Below are positions 36,501 through 49,508 of a stretch of DNA of 64,000 nt, one piece after another. Numbering within the stretch: position 1 is the first letter of the stretch; the number at the start of each line of letters is the position of its first letter. This DNA is from Lama glama (lineage: Eukaryota): assembly GCA_028534125.1 (NCBI GenBank), contig CM052817.1, positions 32,366,001-32,430,000 on the forward strand, read 5' to 3'. The notes below the pieces were generated by a model. That model was not told the DNA's origin. It did no database searches and saw only the letters and a program-made list of their open reading frames with translations. The translations under genes and the position numbers were made by a program.

Positions 36501-37764
36501 GATGCCATAACACCCAGGTTAGAGGCACATGGAGTTGCAGCATCATAAAGCCATAGTCAATATTCTGCAGAGCATATTGGAAATGAGCAACGGCATCTTC
36601 CTGAGGAGTGAGCTCTATCTGTCATTGGAAGTAAGGTCTTGGAAGCCAGAAATGGACATCCCAGTGCAGATGGTTCTGTTAGCCTTTGGGAGGGTTATAA
36701 CCAGTTCCTCAGAGAGGTGGACAATTGAGTGATGCTGGAACTCAATGTCTTCTACACTTACTGTGTATACATGCAATAGCCGGATTCTACTATAGGATCA
36801 CTCTAGACCACAAGTGCCTTAGAGGCAGGCACCATATTGTTTTTTTCTGACACTCTTATGTATCCGGAATCTAGCACAACACTTGGCACTTAGTAGTTGT
36901 TCATTTTACACATGAGAAAACTTTGCCTAAGATTTCACTTTCTAGTAGGTGGTGGAGCCAGGAGTTAAGTCCAGGTCTTCGGGCTATGGTGCTCACAGCC
37001 GCCAGGCTAAACTTTCCCCACTGTCTTCACTGGGTATTTGTTGGCAATCCTTTTTATCACCTTCAGTCACGTTCCCTCCAATAAGGTATTTATGCTACAC
37101 CTTCTTTTCTTTGTTTAAACATACATTTAAATAAATCACTTACCACACAGATGTTTTGGCCTTGAGTTGCCATGTCTCACAAAATGGGAATTCCTTTCTG
37201 TTTTCTTTGTTTTTATTCATAGATGCTGACTGCCAGATTTTATTACCATCCTTTACTGAAAAATATTACTGTCCAGAAGCTGGTTTCCCCATTGCTGACA
37301 GAAGGCAAACTAATCAGAAGTCTGAAGCAAGTTTTATGGGGCAAAATGAATTTTTAATTCAGCCAAAGAATTGAGTCCACCTTAAATAAGAAATAAAAAG
37401 TAAGAGTGTCTTCTGGATTAGTGAATATGTGAATTAGGAAGTTAGCCTTAAACAGCCACCAGATGCCTTGATGGTAACATGGATGCGCCCGGAAGAATTA
37501 GAACGCAACCCTTTGGTCTGTGATGTACTTGCAGGTGGGATACATCATGAATCAAAGCAATGGGGGGTAGCTATAAATTCTGCCAAATCAAACATCTACA
37601 TTATGTGGTTACCCAGATAAAGTCTGGAACCAGGGTTGGGGGGGCGGGGAATGGGAAATAGAGGCACAAATCAAGATTGGCTTTATAGGTTTCTGAGGGG
37701 CAGCACTGTGTTATGGAAGCCACGTGATTCTGAAGTGATCTTTAACTGCTCTCACTCCTTTTAA

Positions 37765-37985
37765 TAGAGCAGGCTCTGGAGCCAGGCTGTCTGGGATCTC
37801 ATTCTGGTCCCTGAATTTACTGAGTGATTAATTTCATTAACCTTTATGTTTCAATGTCTCCATCTGTAAAATGAAGCCAGTGCTAATACTTACTTTGTAG
37901 TGGTTTTCTTAGGGCTCAAATGAGTTAATACCCATGAAGTTCTTAGAACAGCACATAATGCTCAATAAATATTCTCTACTACTGT
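37765..37985 (+). mobile_element. MIR SINE
   Basis: gagcaggctctggagccaggctgtctggg...catctgtaaaatg...aaatgagttaatac...gctcaataaata. Confidence 0.85.
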
Positions 37986-38039
37986 TACGTCTATACGCCT
38001 CATGGTACTCTTTCACTAGAGCTTTGATGATTGCTTACA

Positions 38040-38181
38040 CGAACTGCGCTGCTAATTTGGGGGCCCTGGTACAAAACAAAAATTTGAGGTCCCTTGTTCT
38101 AATTATTAAGAATTCTGAGATGCTGATAGCAGAGCATTAACTCAGTAATTGGCTAGATCACACACCCATGAAGCTGACTGT
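38040..38181 (-). mobile_element. MER91A-like hAT-Tip100 DNA transposon
   Basis: Reverse of cagcttcatgggtgtgtga...ttaatgctctgct...aattcttaataatt..gaacaagggacc...gggcccc..aaatta. Confidence 0.75.
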
Positions 38182-40299
38182 GGAAACACGTTATAGAAAC
38201 TAGAAGGTTTTAGGAAAAATCCATATACAAAACAAATTGATACAATTTCTTACATCTGGCAAAACCAATGAAATTTGTTTTGTTAAAAGAAAACGGAGGA
38301 TAATTTATGAACTATAAACTATTTAAGAAAATAAACTCAGAATTTTCCCTTTGCAAAACTCACCTCCTCTGAAATGTAGCAATTTCCACTTGAGTCACAG
38401 AGAAAATAAAAACACAAGTGTCAATAGGACATATTTTTTCCAGAATCCACTTTTTGGGTTCTGCAGATTAAGTAAGACAAAGAAATGCTTTTCCCCACAA
38501 ATACTCTCTAAGGCTTCAACAACTGACAAATTTAGTATCTGCTTTTGGTTGCTGAGTGCCAGGAAATAATCCTGGCTTAAATTTCTCTACATCACACATG
38601 TCTTTCCAATAAAACAGATTTTGAGCCAAAGAAATAAAGAACCAAACAAACAGCAAACAATAACCGTGATGAGTGAATGAAGAGAAAAATCAAAGTTTTA
38701 TTAATTTCTTGCCAAACCCATCCAGTTTTGGGATATGGTGAAGGTCACAATTACTCGAAACTTATTCGACAGATCAAGGCAATCAAGAAGAAATTGAATC
38801 CCAGCTAAAAAGTGGATCTATGTCATGGGACCATTGGGTAGCGAGTAAATGTAAATATATATATTTAAATTGTATTTGGAAAGCTCTCCACCCATTGTCT
38901 AAGATTCTCTGAAGGCCGCATCTGCTGACAATGAGGCAGCCATCCCTGGGCAAATGTTTTTCATATGATTTGTGTAGATTTCTTTGTAGTATGAATGAGC
39001 TTTAATAATTTCTCTATTTTTGTGTGTATGAGGCTTTCAATAGCCTTTCTTTTTTCATTTGATAAGATTAAGCACAGTTAACCACTCATTTTCATACGGA
39101 TTTAGTTCAACAAATAAACAGTAATTGTTTGAAAAAATAACCACTCTTTTATTTCTTGATTTGTCTGCCAGTGACTTTTGACATTCACTGTTTAGTATTT
39201 GACCTAAAGGACAAGAGGCCGGGGGCTGGCAAGAGGGAAAAAAACAGAAAATGAGAAAACCAGATACATGTCTTGAATATTTGAGTTTATCTGTTAAGGA
39301 TACACCAATAAAAAGAATTTTAATACAGACTATGAAGTTGTTAACAGTTTTAACCCATATTATGTAGGTACTAGAAGACCCAAAATTCAGCAGAATATAT
39401 CAGAAAACTGGAACTAAAATGAGCTTGGTGAAATTCAGTAAGAGGTCTAAGAAACTAGAGGAAAAAGTCTCAAGAAAGAGTCTGCATCTTTGAAGGTTAG
39501 TTATTTTACTTACTTTTTGCTTTTGGTTGAGTAAGCCTGAGGTCTGAACTCAGATTCCTGAATAAATATACCTTTTCAGAGTTATCACTAGAAATTTTCC
39601 TTTCCTTTAGTCCCCAGGCAGATATTTCAATTTTTAAAAAAGATTCAGAAAGATTTTGACTTAGATTTTCAATTTAATTTTTAAAAATTCCCTACTGAAC
39701 TTCTTCTTCCATCTGCCCATTTCTCTTCCATGATTTTCCATTTTTTGGAATCCTTCTAGAATGTCTTCATGTATATATGAGCACATATATAATATATTGG
39801 ATAGATTGGTAAGGAAGAGACATTCTTGTCTCCACCATTGAAATACACACATGCAAATATACAGTTTTAATTTAAATTGCAGAACACAAAAGTCAGGATA
39901 TCAAATCAACTGACATCTTTAAATAAACACTTAAATATAGTTCCCCAGTGTCCCAGAGCCTCCAGACTTCCCCATTTAGTCCTCATGGAAAGGAGTGCGA
40001 ATGTCTGCTCAAGATCCCAGCTCTAGAAGAATATTCTGCACCTTGCCTTTTTCCCCTTATCAGAGCATCTTGGAGATCTTTCCGTATCAGTACATAGAAA
40101 TGGTCTTCAGTCTTTTTTAAAAACTGCATGTATTTTATTGTATAGATGCACCACACCCCATTTATCCAGACCTTTATTAATGGTATGGATTGTTTTCAAT
40201 TTTCTGCTATTAGAAATAATGCTCAGTGAATTAAGTGCACAGTCATCATTTCATAGAGAGACTTTTAAGAAAAGATTTGACCTGAGTCTTTAAAAACAT

Positions 40300-42000
40300 C
40301 TTCATTGAGCTATATTTAACTATGAACAGTTATTTAAAGGGTACCATTTGATGAGTTTTTGACATATGTACCTCCCCATGAGACTGTCATCACAATCAAG
40401 GTAATAAATATGTCTGCAAATCCCCACAGTTTCCTTGTGCTCCTTTATAATCACACCCTTCTCCATGCCCCCAGGAACCACTTACCTGCTTTCTGTCATA
40501 AAATCACGTGCATTTCTAGAATTTTATATAAATGGAATTATACTGCATCTCTCTCTCTCTATCTTTTTGTCAAGCTTCATTTACTCAGGTTAATTATTTT
40601 GAGATTCATCTGTTGTGTGTTTCAACAGCACATTCCTTTTTATTGCTGAGTAGTGTTCCATTATATGAATATACCACAATTTATTTACGCATTTATTTAT
40701 TGATGGACGTTTGGATTGTTTCCAGTCTTGGGCTGTTACAAATAATGCTGCTGTGAACGTTGATCTGGGGTTACATTGGTTAATTCACATCTTAATAATG
40801 TACGTCTGATTCATGAAGATGATATATCTCTCCATCTATTCAGATCTTTATTAAATTTACCTCAGCAATATTACAGTTTTCTATGCACAGATCTTATACA
40901 TATTTTTTTCAGAATTATCCCTATGCATTTTATAGTCACTGATGCTACTGTAAATACAGCTTTTTAAAATATCTATTTCCAATTGTTTGTTATAGTATAT
41001 GGATATACAATTGATTTTTGAGTATTGACCTTGAATCCTACAACTATGCAAAATTCACTTATTAGTGCTAGCGTCTTTTTAAAAAACTACTTCATAGTGA
41101 AATTGGAAGTTGTTTATTCTTTAAAATGTTTGGTGGAATTATTATCTGGCCCTAGAATTTTCATCATAAAAGATTTTTTTAAACTAAAAATTCAATTTCT
41201 TTTTTTAAAAATTTATTTATTTAATTGAAGAATAGTCGATTTACAATGTTGTGTTAGTTTCTGGTGTACAGCAAAGTGATTCACTTTTATATATATACAC
41301 ATTCCTTTTCATATTCTTTCTCATTAGAATTAACTAGAAGATATTGAATATAGTTCCCTGTGCTACACAGTAGGTCCTTGTTGTTTATCTATTTTATATG
41401 TAGTAGTTAGAATCTGCAAATCCCAAACTCCCAATTTATCCTTTCCCACCTCTTCCCCTCTCCCCCCTGTAACCATAAGTTTGTTTTCTATGTCTGTGAG
41501 TCTATCTCTGTTTTATAAACAAGTTCATTTGTGTACTTTTTTCTTTAGATTCCACATATAAGTGATAGCATTCTTTCTCTTTCTGGCTTACCATACTTGG
41601 TTGAAGAATACAATTACTGAAATGAATAATACTCTAGGAGGAACAAAGAATAGACCAAATGAGGCTGAAGAACAGATTAGTGGAAATCACTACCACAGAA
41701 CAGAAAAAAGAATGAAAAGAAACGAAGATAGTTTAAGAGAACTCTGGGACAATGTTTTAAATAGACACAGTGGTATTCAGTTTATCTGTTTCTTTTTGGG
41801 GAGCACGAGTAGCTTGTTCCAAGGAATTTGACTATTACATCTAAGTTGTTGAAATGGTTGGCATAGTATTTTTCATAGCATTTCCTTATTGTTCTTTGAG
41901 TAGCTGTAGGATCCTTAGTAATGTCACCTCTTTCATTCCTCATACTGAAAAGCTGTGTCTTCTTCTGTATTCCTGATCAGTCTGCCTATAAGTTTATCAT
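40300..42000 (-). mobile_element. Old L1M cluster (3' UTR and ORF2 remnants), interrupted by a younger L1
   Basis: tatataaatggaatta...ttcctttttattgctgagtagtgttccatt, and tacaattgatttttgagtattgaccttg. Confidence 0.8.
41200..41756 (-). mobile_element. Young L1 3' UTR fused to an oppositely oriented L1 ORF1 fragment
   Basis: 41200-41595 is a reverse 3' UTR. 41600-41756 is a forward ORF1-like segment, LKNTITEMNNTLGG...NEAEEQIS...KRMKRNEDSLRELWDNV. Confidence 0.85.
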
Positions 42001-42009
42001 GTCACTAGG

Positions 42010-42340
42010 GCACTCAAGCAAACTTATGAAGAGGTTCATGTAGTGAGGAACTGAGTCCTCTTGCTAACAGCCAGCAAAAAACATAGGCCTCCAGCCAAGA
42101 GGCACATGAAGGAGTCATCTTAGAGGTAGATCTTCCATGTCTATCCAGGTCTTCAGATACTGCAGCCCTAGCTGACAGCTTGACTACAGCTTCTTGAGCA
42201 AACCTGACCTGGAACCACCCAGCTAAGCTGCTCCTGGATTCCTGACCCACAGAAACTATGTGAGATAATAACGTTTGTTTTTGTTTAAGCCACTAAGTTT
42301 TAGGGGCAATTTTTTAATGCAGCACTAGAAAATTAATGTG
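42010..42340 (+). mobile_element. MaLR LTR (MLT1F-like)
   Basis: gaggaactgag...ctgcagccctagctgacagcttgact...accacccagctaagctgctcc..attcctgacccacagaaact...taagccactaagttt. Confidence 0.85.
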
Positions 42341-42344
42341 TTAA

Positions 42345-43002
42345 TTAAGTTACTTGGTAAATACTTTGGTCCTCCTGAGACTTGCTTTAAATTTAAGTTT
42401 TATTAGGTGATATCAAAGCCGTGTTTAGTGTAGGGCTAATTTTACCCCATTATTGAGGCAAAACTCTTCCTGGTACCCTACCTAATGCCCGTAAATTGTG
42501 AGGTTTTCCACCCTGGCTGCTGGGATCAAGAGCTAGTCCTGGTCTGCTGTGACCTTTGGGGTTTTGTTCACTCTAATCCTTCCAGGTGGTTCTTTTCTGG
42601 GCAGATTCCTCACATGCATGTCCCAATCAGCATTCACCTGGGGATCCTGGGGGACCCGTTGCAGACCTTCAGAGTTCTCACCGTGTAGTGCCCCCATCTC
42701 TAGTACTCTGCCCTGGAAAATCTAGACTCCTTGGCCTCCCTATGCTCTCAAATCTAACATGGAGATTTCCAGGTTGTACCTGGGCTCTCCATGCCCGCTC
42801 TGTGGTCTGGAAACTCTTTTCAGGTAGTAAGCTCGGAAAATTAAAGGGCTTCATTCATCTGCTTCTCCTAGGAATCATTGTCCATTGTTGCCTTATGTCC
42901 AATGTCTTGACATTTTTTGCTTTATAGACTTCGTCTGGTTTTTAAGTTGTCTGGGCAGGAGGATAAACCTGGTTCCTGTTACTCCATGATGGCTGGAAGT
43001 AG
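42345..43002 (-). mobile_element. Old L1 (L1MC/L1M4-like) 5' UTR
   Basis: Ends in cctgttactccatgatggctggaagt and is homologous to the copy at 48870-49505. Confidence 0.7.
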
Positions 43003-43564
43003 CCCCCAGATAGACTTTGAAAGACCAATGTTTATTGAGAACTATGTTCTGGACATGGTGCTTGGTGCCCAATGTAGCATTTCTGAGTTAGTCCTTCAAA
43101 ATAAAACAGAACAAACTAAAAATGTAAAAGCAAACAGAAAAAAAAAGACCTATGGAATAGATACCATTAGAATTCCCTTTTTGTAGATGAGGAAATCAGG
43201 ACACAGAGAGATTAAATAGTTTCTTCAAGATCTATTCAAGGCCAATATATGGTGGGGTTGGGCTTTGCACTGAGATCTGTTTGATTGCCAAGAGCATGCT
43301 TATAGCCAGTCTCCTCCCATACCCCCCACATAGCTTTTGCTGTTTAAAAGAAACTGTGAAAATGATTTGCCTTTTCTTGTGCTCACCTTCAGCAGATACT
43401 TATTCTTCTGGACTTCTGGACTCTGAGTACCACGTGGAGAAATCTACAGGCTGATAGTAGAGACTGATTTCAGATTTTCCTTTAGCAGAACACCAGTTTA
43501 TCTGGCATCATGACTTTCTGTCCCTGCAAACAATGATGCAAATTTAAGTTGAGAATTTATAATA

Positions 43565-43658
43565 TACTATGTGTGTGTATATATACACACGCACATACAT
43601 ACGTAGTATATCATTATATAATATATAATATATATAATATATATATATATATATTATA
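43565..43658. repeat. TA-rich low-complexity microsatellite
   Basis: tatataatatataatatataatatatatatatatat. Confidence 0.85.
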
Positions 43659-43801
43659 CTGTGTTTCCACCATTAACGTATCAGCTCTGGCAAATGATTA
43701 CAACTTCTTTGAAATAAGGGGGGAAAAAATCTCTCAGAGAGCTATGAAGATGTCTCTGAAGTTTGAATGGAAGGAAGTTAGGACTTACTTTTAGGCCTAA
43801 T

Positions 43802-43887
43802 TTCCAGCCTTTAGGTGAGAACTGGCTGAGTGAGGACTGGCTGCTTCCAGCCTTTAGGTGAGAACTGGCTGAGTGAGGACTGGCTAC
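43802..43887 (+). repeat. 43-bp tandem duplication (2 copies)
   Basis: ttccagcctttaggtgagaactggctgagtgaggactggct(g/a)c twice, with one mismatch. Confidence 0.97.
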
Positions 43888-45065
43888 TTGCTCTGTGACA
43901 TGATCAGTAATTCATAGTTGTCTTCAGATTAATGGAGAGTGAGAAAGGAAGAAAAGGCTTCTCTATGGGAGATCTAGTGATGTGTGTTTATAATGGTTCC
44001 AAGAATCCCCATGAAACTACAGAATGGAAACACTCAAGCCAACAAAATGGGCACAAAAGTAGAGACAAGCTTATTAAGTATGTTATTGAGGGGAACGTTC
44101 ACATATGTAAGGGGGTGATTCCAGGGCAACTTTGAGTCTGTTATAATTCTGAAGTTCTCAACAAATGAAACTAATATGATTTTGGCTGAGATTTGTCAGC
44201 AGAGGGAACTCATGAGTGTTAATCCAGTGCTCATGTACAAATCAGAAACTTTTTTCGGCCAGTTTCCCTTTTCTCTTTTTCATGCTTGTGGAATGTTAAT
44301 TCCACAAATACAATCTGTTTATTGTTGAAAAAGTAGAAAATACACATAAGCAGAGAGGGGAAAAATCTTCCCACTAATTAATAATCACAATGAATATATC
44401 CTGATGGCTTTTGCTTTTCCCCTGTATAAATAAAATGTGTATGTGTGTTTATTATGTACAGTTCTGTAATAGTTTATAAAGCCCAAGGTACGGATCCCTA
44501 ATTTATTGGGGATAGTGGCACAAGATGGGGAAGACATAACACCTTAGTTGAAATCTGGGGGGGGGGGGGCCTGCCAAGGCATTGTATTCTCTTATAAATT
44601 GTTTTTTATTTCTGGATCTCAGTCCCTCCAACTTTTCACCTTTGAGACATGCCAGAGATGAGATGCCTGAACCTGTGATTGGAGAGTGATCCTTTGACTA
44701 TAAGTCCCAAAGGTGACTCAGGCTTAAGGCCTTAGCTGGAAACAGTTAGAATAGTATTTCCCAGACCCACAGCTGTGCAGGTTCCGATCCCCAGAGGCCC
44801 TCCAACTGTGGCTCTAATTACAGAGAGCAGATTACTCTCCTAGGATCAGATGAGTGCTGGGAAGGCTAGACTTTCCCCAATCTGAGAATAAGGGTCCTGA
44901 GGAGAAGCTGCCAGCAGAAGAGGGGGCTTTACTTTATTTGATGGTTTCATGTCATTCAGCTAACTCACAGGCCATTGGAGAATCTTTTTCCCATTTTGTG
45001 TCCTTAGTTGCATGCAACTGAAATTAACTCTGACTGATTTAAGCAAAAAGGAGAGAGAAAAAAAG

Positions 45066-45258
45066 AAGTACTATATATAAAATAGATAAACAACAAGGTC
45101 CTACTACATAGCAAAGGGAACCATATTCAATATCTTTTAATAGCCTATAATGAAAAAGAATATGAAAAGGAATATACATACATATGTATTAATGAATCAC
45201 TGAGCTGTATACCAGAAACCAACACAACATTGTAAACTGACTAGACTTTAGTATAAAG
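45066..45258 (+). mobile_element. Young 5'-truncated L1 3' UTR with a GA-repeat tail
   Basis: tactatatataaaatagataaacaacaaggtcctact...ccagaaaccaacacaacattgtaaactgacta, flanked by gagagagaaa-like repeats. Confidence 0.88.
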
Positions 45259-48200
45259 AGAGAGAGAGAGATAGAGAGAGAAAGAACATTGCTGAAAGGC
45301 AACTGCTGGCAAGGTAAGAGAAAATAAGGCTTAGAAGCTGGGCAGCAGAGGCAATTAGTAGGCAGAGAATTAAATGACCTGGTGAGGACTCGCCTGCTGC
45401 TCCGCTTCTGGCACCAAAGGCCAAGACTTTCTTTTTAAATGGGGAGATCAACAAACCTTTATCGTATATCTAAATATTTTAAAAGAAAAAGTATTTTCTA
45501 TAAATTCCTACTCTGTTCATGGATATCACAGGCTATCATAAATATTGGCTTCTAAATGCTTAACTTACCAAAACAAATTAAGGAAGCAATTAGTAAGCCT
45601 GCTAGATTGTGGCAAGTTTCTTGCTATGTAAATATTTAAAAATTATAAATGAGTTATCAATCAAATGAACAATATATTAAATAAAATCTGTTTAATTCTC
45701 CCTCCTTTACAGTCTCACCTTGTACAGACATGGCAGAGCTCACTGCGCCTGGCGTGTGCTCAGAAAATAGTTATGAATTGATTTCTCTTGGTCGACCTTG
45801 AGTGGTTTGATTCCATTAAAGTCACACCACAGCTGTTATGCTTGTAGCTTCAAGGCGTACGTGAGGAGACACCGTTGCCCTGCAAAATGTGCTAGAATGA
45901 GTGAGATGCTCCTGAGTGGACAAAGGCAGCGCTTGCTCCCACTCCCATCTTCTCTGCAGGGAAAACGGCTCTGCTCACTTCTGGGATGTGTTTTCATGGA
46001 AGTCTATAAGCCTCTCTGTTTTCCCTTTGGCAGGCGTCCAGCATGCTCCTGGTGACTTGCCCATGGAGAGTTTCCTTTTAATTTGTGAGTGAGCAGTGGT
46101 CTTGGTTTGGCCCATTTTATTTCCCAGCTGGGACTTGCCCAAGGTTCATGTTCCCCTCTACTCCTGCCCCTCTTCTCCTGGAGTCTCAGGTGCTCTCTGG
46201 GGCCCCAGAGGGCCCCACACCTGCCCTCTTGGCAGGCGGTGAGGCTGCAAAGGGACACCGAGTCTCAAAGCTCCCTTGGCTGCATTTGGCCCCATCCTCC
46301 CCCCCTTTTGGTTTCCAATAACAGTCAGGTCCTCCCCGAGGGATCCAGATTTTATGGGCCAAATGAAGGAAAAGCAGATTCATTTTAAAAGATGCTGGGC
46401 AGGTACTGGTATCCTATAAACTGGAAGAGTAAAGCCCTAATTTATCACATCAACATGTTGTCTTTAGATAATAACAGGGCCAAGGGATATATGGATCCTG
46501 AATAAAGGAGAAACGAATCTTTCTATAACTAGATAGAGTTTGTAGGTGATTTTACACATGCCATATTATTAAATTCTTAAACAAATCTGTAAGTTAGGTG
46601 GAACGGATCGTGTACAGTTTTATACACAGGGAAATGGTACTCCAGGCTTGTGTGTGGGCACATCTAATAGAGAACTGGACCCCAAACTCAGCCCTTCTGA
46701 CTACACATCTCTTTCATGGTGCTACCCTGTTAACACATCACAATAAACTGCAAGGATTTAGATGAACCACATGCGCCACGATTCTGACATAAATAAAATG
46801 ACCATGTATTTTAAAGTACTCATCTGTGTAATAAGCACATGATAGCACATAACTGGTCCTCTCCCCACCCACGCTTGGTCAGCCCCTCTCATGCCGTCAC
46901 ACATATTAACAGTGCACCCATCACTGTTGCCATTTTCCATCATCCTGTGCAATAGTTCGATTCATGCGTACTCCTGCACTGGACTATAAGGTCTGTGAAG
47001 GAAGGGAGCATATCTGATGTTGCACACCTTGAATTCCCAACAGAGTTCTTGGCTCAAATTAAGGGCTAAATAAATATTTGTTGAATGAATGAAAAATCGA
47101 AGTGAAGCAGCTAGTGCTTGGATTTGGGGCTCTACTCTTAACCAGAAATCAACAGAGCCTATGAGAGACTGAAAGCCAAAGGAAAATATTTGTAAATGTG
47201 TTCATAGGTTGTTCTTGGACTCTGCGGTTAACAGGGGAGAAAGGAGAGCATCTTTCCAACTCATGTGAACAGGAGTGCATGTGGTTCTTACTCCTGGGGA
47301 GGCCCTTCTGGGCTGCTTTCTTTGTCTTTCTTTTCCTTTCTCCCCCTTGGCTGGAGGTTGAGGAAGGAGAGCCTCAGCAAGGGGTAGAGTAGCAGTGTGG
47401 CCCCCAGTAGGAGAGACCTGGCATGTCGCCTCTTCTGGGCCTGGTGGAGTTGCTTGCAGCCAGAGGGTGTGGGCTCTCTCCTGGATCCCTGACCCACGTC
47501 CAGAGCCCACATTCAGGCAAAGTCAATTGAGCTGCTGCCTCGGGCACGGAGAGAGGTTCTTATTGCAACACCTGAGCCTCTGGGGGCATCTGCCATGTAT
47601 TTCTTTTGGCATCGCTGGAAGAAAAGAAAACTCTTCCACTCCAGATACTGCTGAAACCCGTCATCCTTCCTAAAGGGGAAAGGAGGGGCTTTGGAGGGGC
47701 TTATTACATTAAAGGGATGGAGAAACACGTCACACGTCTGTATCAAGTCCATATTTGCTATTCTTGCCACTGGCTACTCCGAGTGACTCTTCAGGAACTG
47801 CAAGTGAAAGAAATATTATCTAAAAAGTGACTAAAGCATTCATGTATCTAAATATAAAACTGGATCTAGATTATGAAAAAATATAAACTCAAGATCAGCC
47901 CACATTAAAGATTTGCTCCTAATGAGCATGTATCTATCAATGCTTATTCAGAATGAACCACACAAGATGCTCTGCTCTGAGCATTTAGTATGTAAAGGTC
48001 TCACGGAAGCTTAGCTGGTTCCCAGCACGTGGGGCACAAGCAGAGTCAGCTTTTTGAGCCTGCCAGGCTGAGAACCAGATTCCTTTGTGTGCCGCACTGA
48101 AGGGTCAGGTCTGCTGAGATTTTCTTAATTTTTTTAGATTTTCTCTTTGCCATTGGTCTTAAGTAATTTTATTATGATATGTCTTGTATAGTTTTCTTTC

Positions 48201-48267
48201 TTTTCATAATGATTTTTGTTTCTTCCTTTTGATTTTTAAAAAGTTTTATCCCTTTTTAATTAAAAAC

Positions 48268-48399
48268 TTTTTGTTGTTGTTGTTAGGGTGGTAGGTAATT
48301 AAGTTTGTTAACTTATTTTTTGATGGAGATACTGTGGAGTGAACCCAGGACCTCGTGCATGCTAGGCATGCACTCTACCCCTGAGCTCCACCCTCCCCC
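48268..48399 (-). mobile_element. Camelid-type SINE (Vic-1-like)
   Basis: ggtaattaagttt...gaacccaggacctcgtgcatgctaggcatgcactctacccctgagct. TSD atagt(t/c)ttctttct at 48188 and 48400. Confidence 0.9.
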
Positions 48400-49508
48400 A
48401 TAGTCTTCTTTCTAGTGCTTGATGGTCATTGAGCTTTGGATTGATGGGTTTAAAGTTTTCATTTTGGGTCTCCACGTCTCCACGGTTGCTAATATTTTCT
48501 TCTGCAATATTTAATGTGCCATTAATCCCATCCAGGGTATTTTCCATCTCAGACATTTTAGTTTTCATCTCTAGAATATTGATTTTATAAAATTATCTTC
48601 TGTATCTCCACTTAACACACTCTGTCTTTCCTCAGGCTTTTGAACATATAGAATACAGTTCTAATAATTGTCTTAATGTATGTGTCTGCTAATTTGTACA
48701 TCTGTAGTCAGTTCTGAGTCAGTTTTGATTGATTGGCTTCTTTTTCATCAGCGTGGGGTATGTTTTGCTGCTTCTTTGCATATTTAGCCATTTTACTAGA
48801 TGCCAGTGTCGATTTTAACTCATTCAGTGCTGGATATTTTTATAGTCCTGTGAACTCTTTTGAGGGACAGTTTAGGTAACTGGAAACAGTTTGATCCTTT
48901 TGGTCTTGCTTATAAGATTTGTTAGGAGGAACAAAAGCATCCTTTATTCTAGGTTCATTATTTATAACTATGGAGGCAAGACCCTTTGAATAACTCCACC
49001 CAGTGCTCCATGAATTATGAGAATTTTCCAGTCTAGCTACTACTTGCCTCTGTGCGGCTGGATACTGTTCCCTTGAATCCTTTTGGGTCGCCTTAGAGGT
49101 GCTTTCCTCAGACACATACGCCGATCAGTACTCTGCTGAATACTTGAGGGGGAACTTCCACGTATCTCTGGGCTCCTCTGTGCACCTCTCTTTTCTCAGG
49201 TCCCCTGCCCTGTGAAGTCTAGCTTCCTTGGTCTTCCTGGTCTCCCATCTCTGTCTTCTTCACCCAGGATATCTTCTGGGCTCCACTGGTTTCCCGCCAC
49301 CTTGCTGCAGCCTGGAAACTCTATCAAAAGAGTGATCTGGGCAACTTTAGAGCTTACCTTTGTTGTTTCTTGTCTCCCAGGGGTCACTGTCCTGATGTCC
49401 AGTGTCTTGAAAACTGCTGTGTCATGTGTCTGTCCCGGTTTTTAGTTGTTTCATGTGGGAGAGTGAATCTAGTCCCTGTTACTCCATCTATGCTGGAAGT
49501 GGAGGTCA
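48400..49508 (-). mobile_element. Old L1 (L1MC/L1M4-like) 5' UTR plus ORF1 remnant
   Basis: ORF1-like MKTKMSEMENTLDGINGTLNIAEENIS on the minus strand. Ends cctgttactccatctatgctggaagtggaggtc. Confidence 0.75.

Noticed and set aside
37265..37705. Possible additional ERVL-type LTR
   Set aside because: It looks LTR-like, but I cannot assign a family or termini with enough confidence.
43802..43887. CRISPR-like direct repeats
   Set aside because: There are only two adjacent copies with no spacer, in mammalian DNA, and no cas genes.
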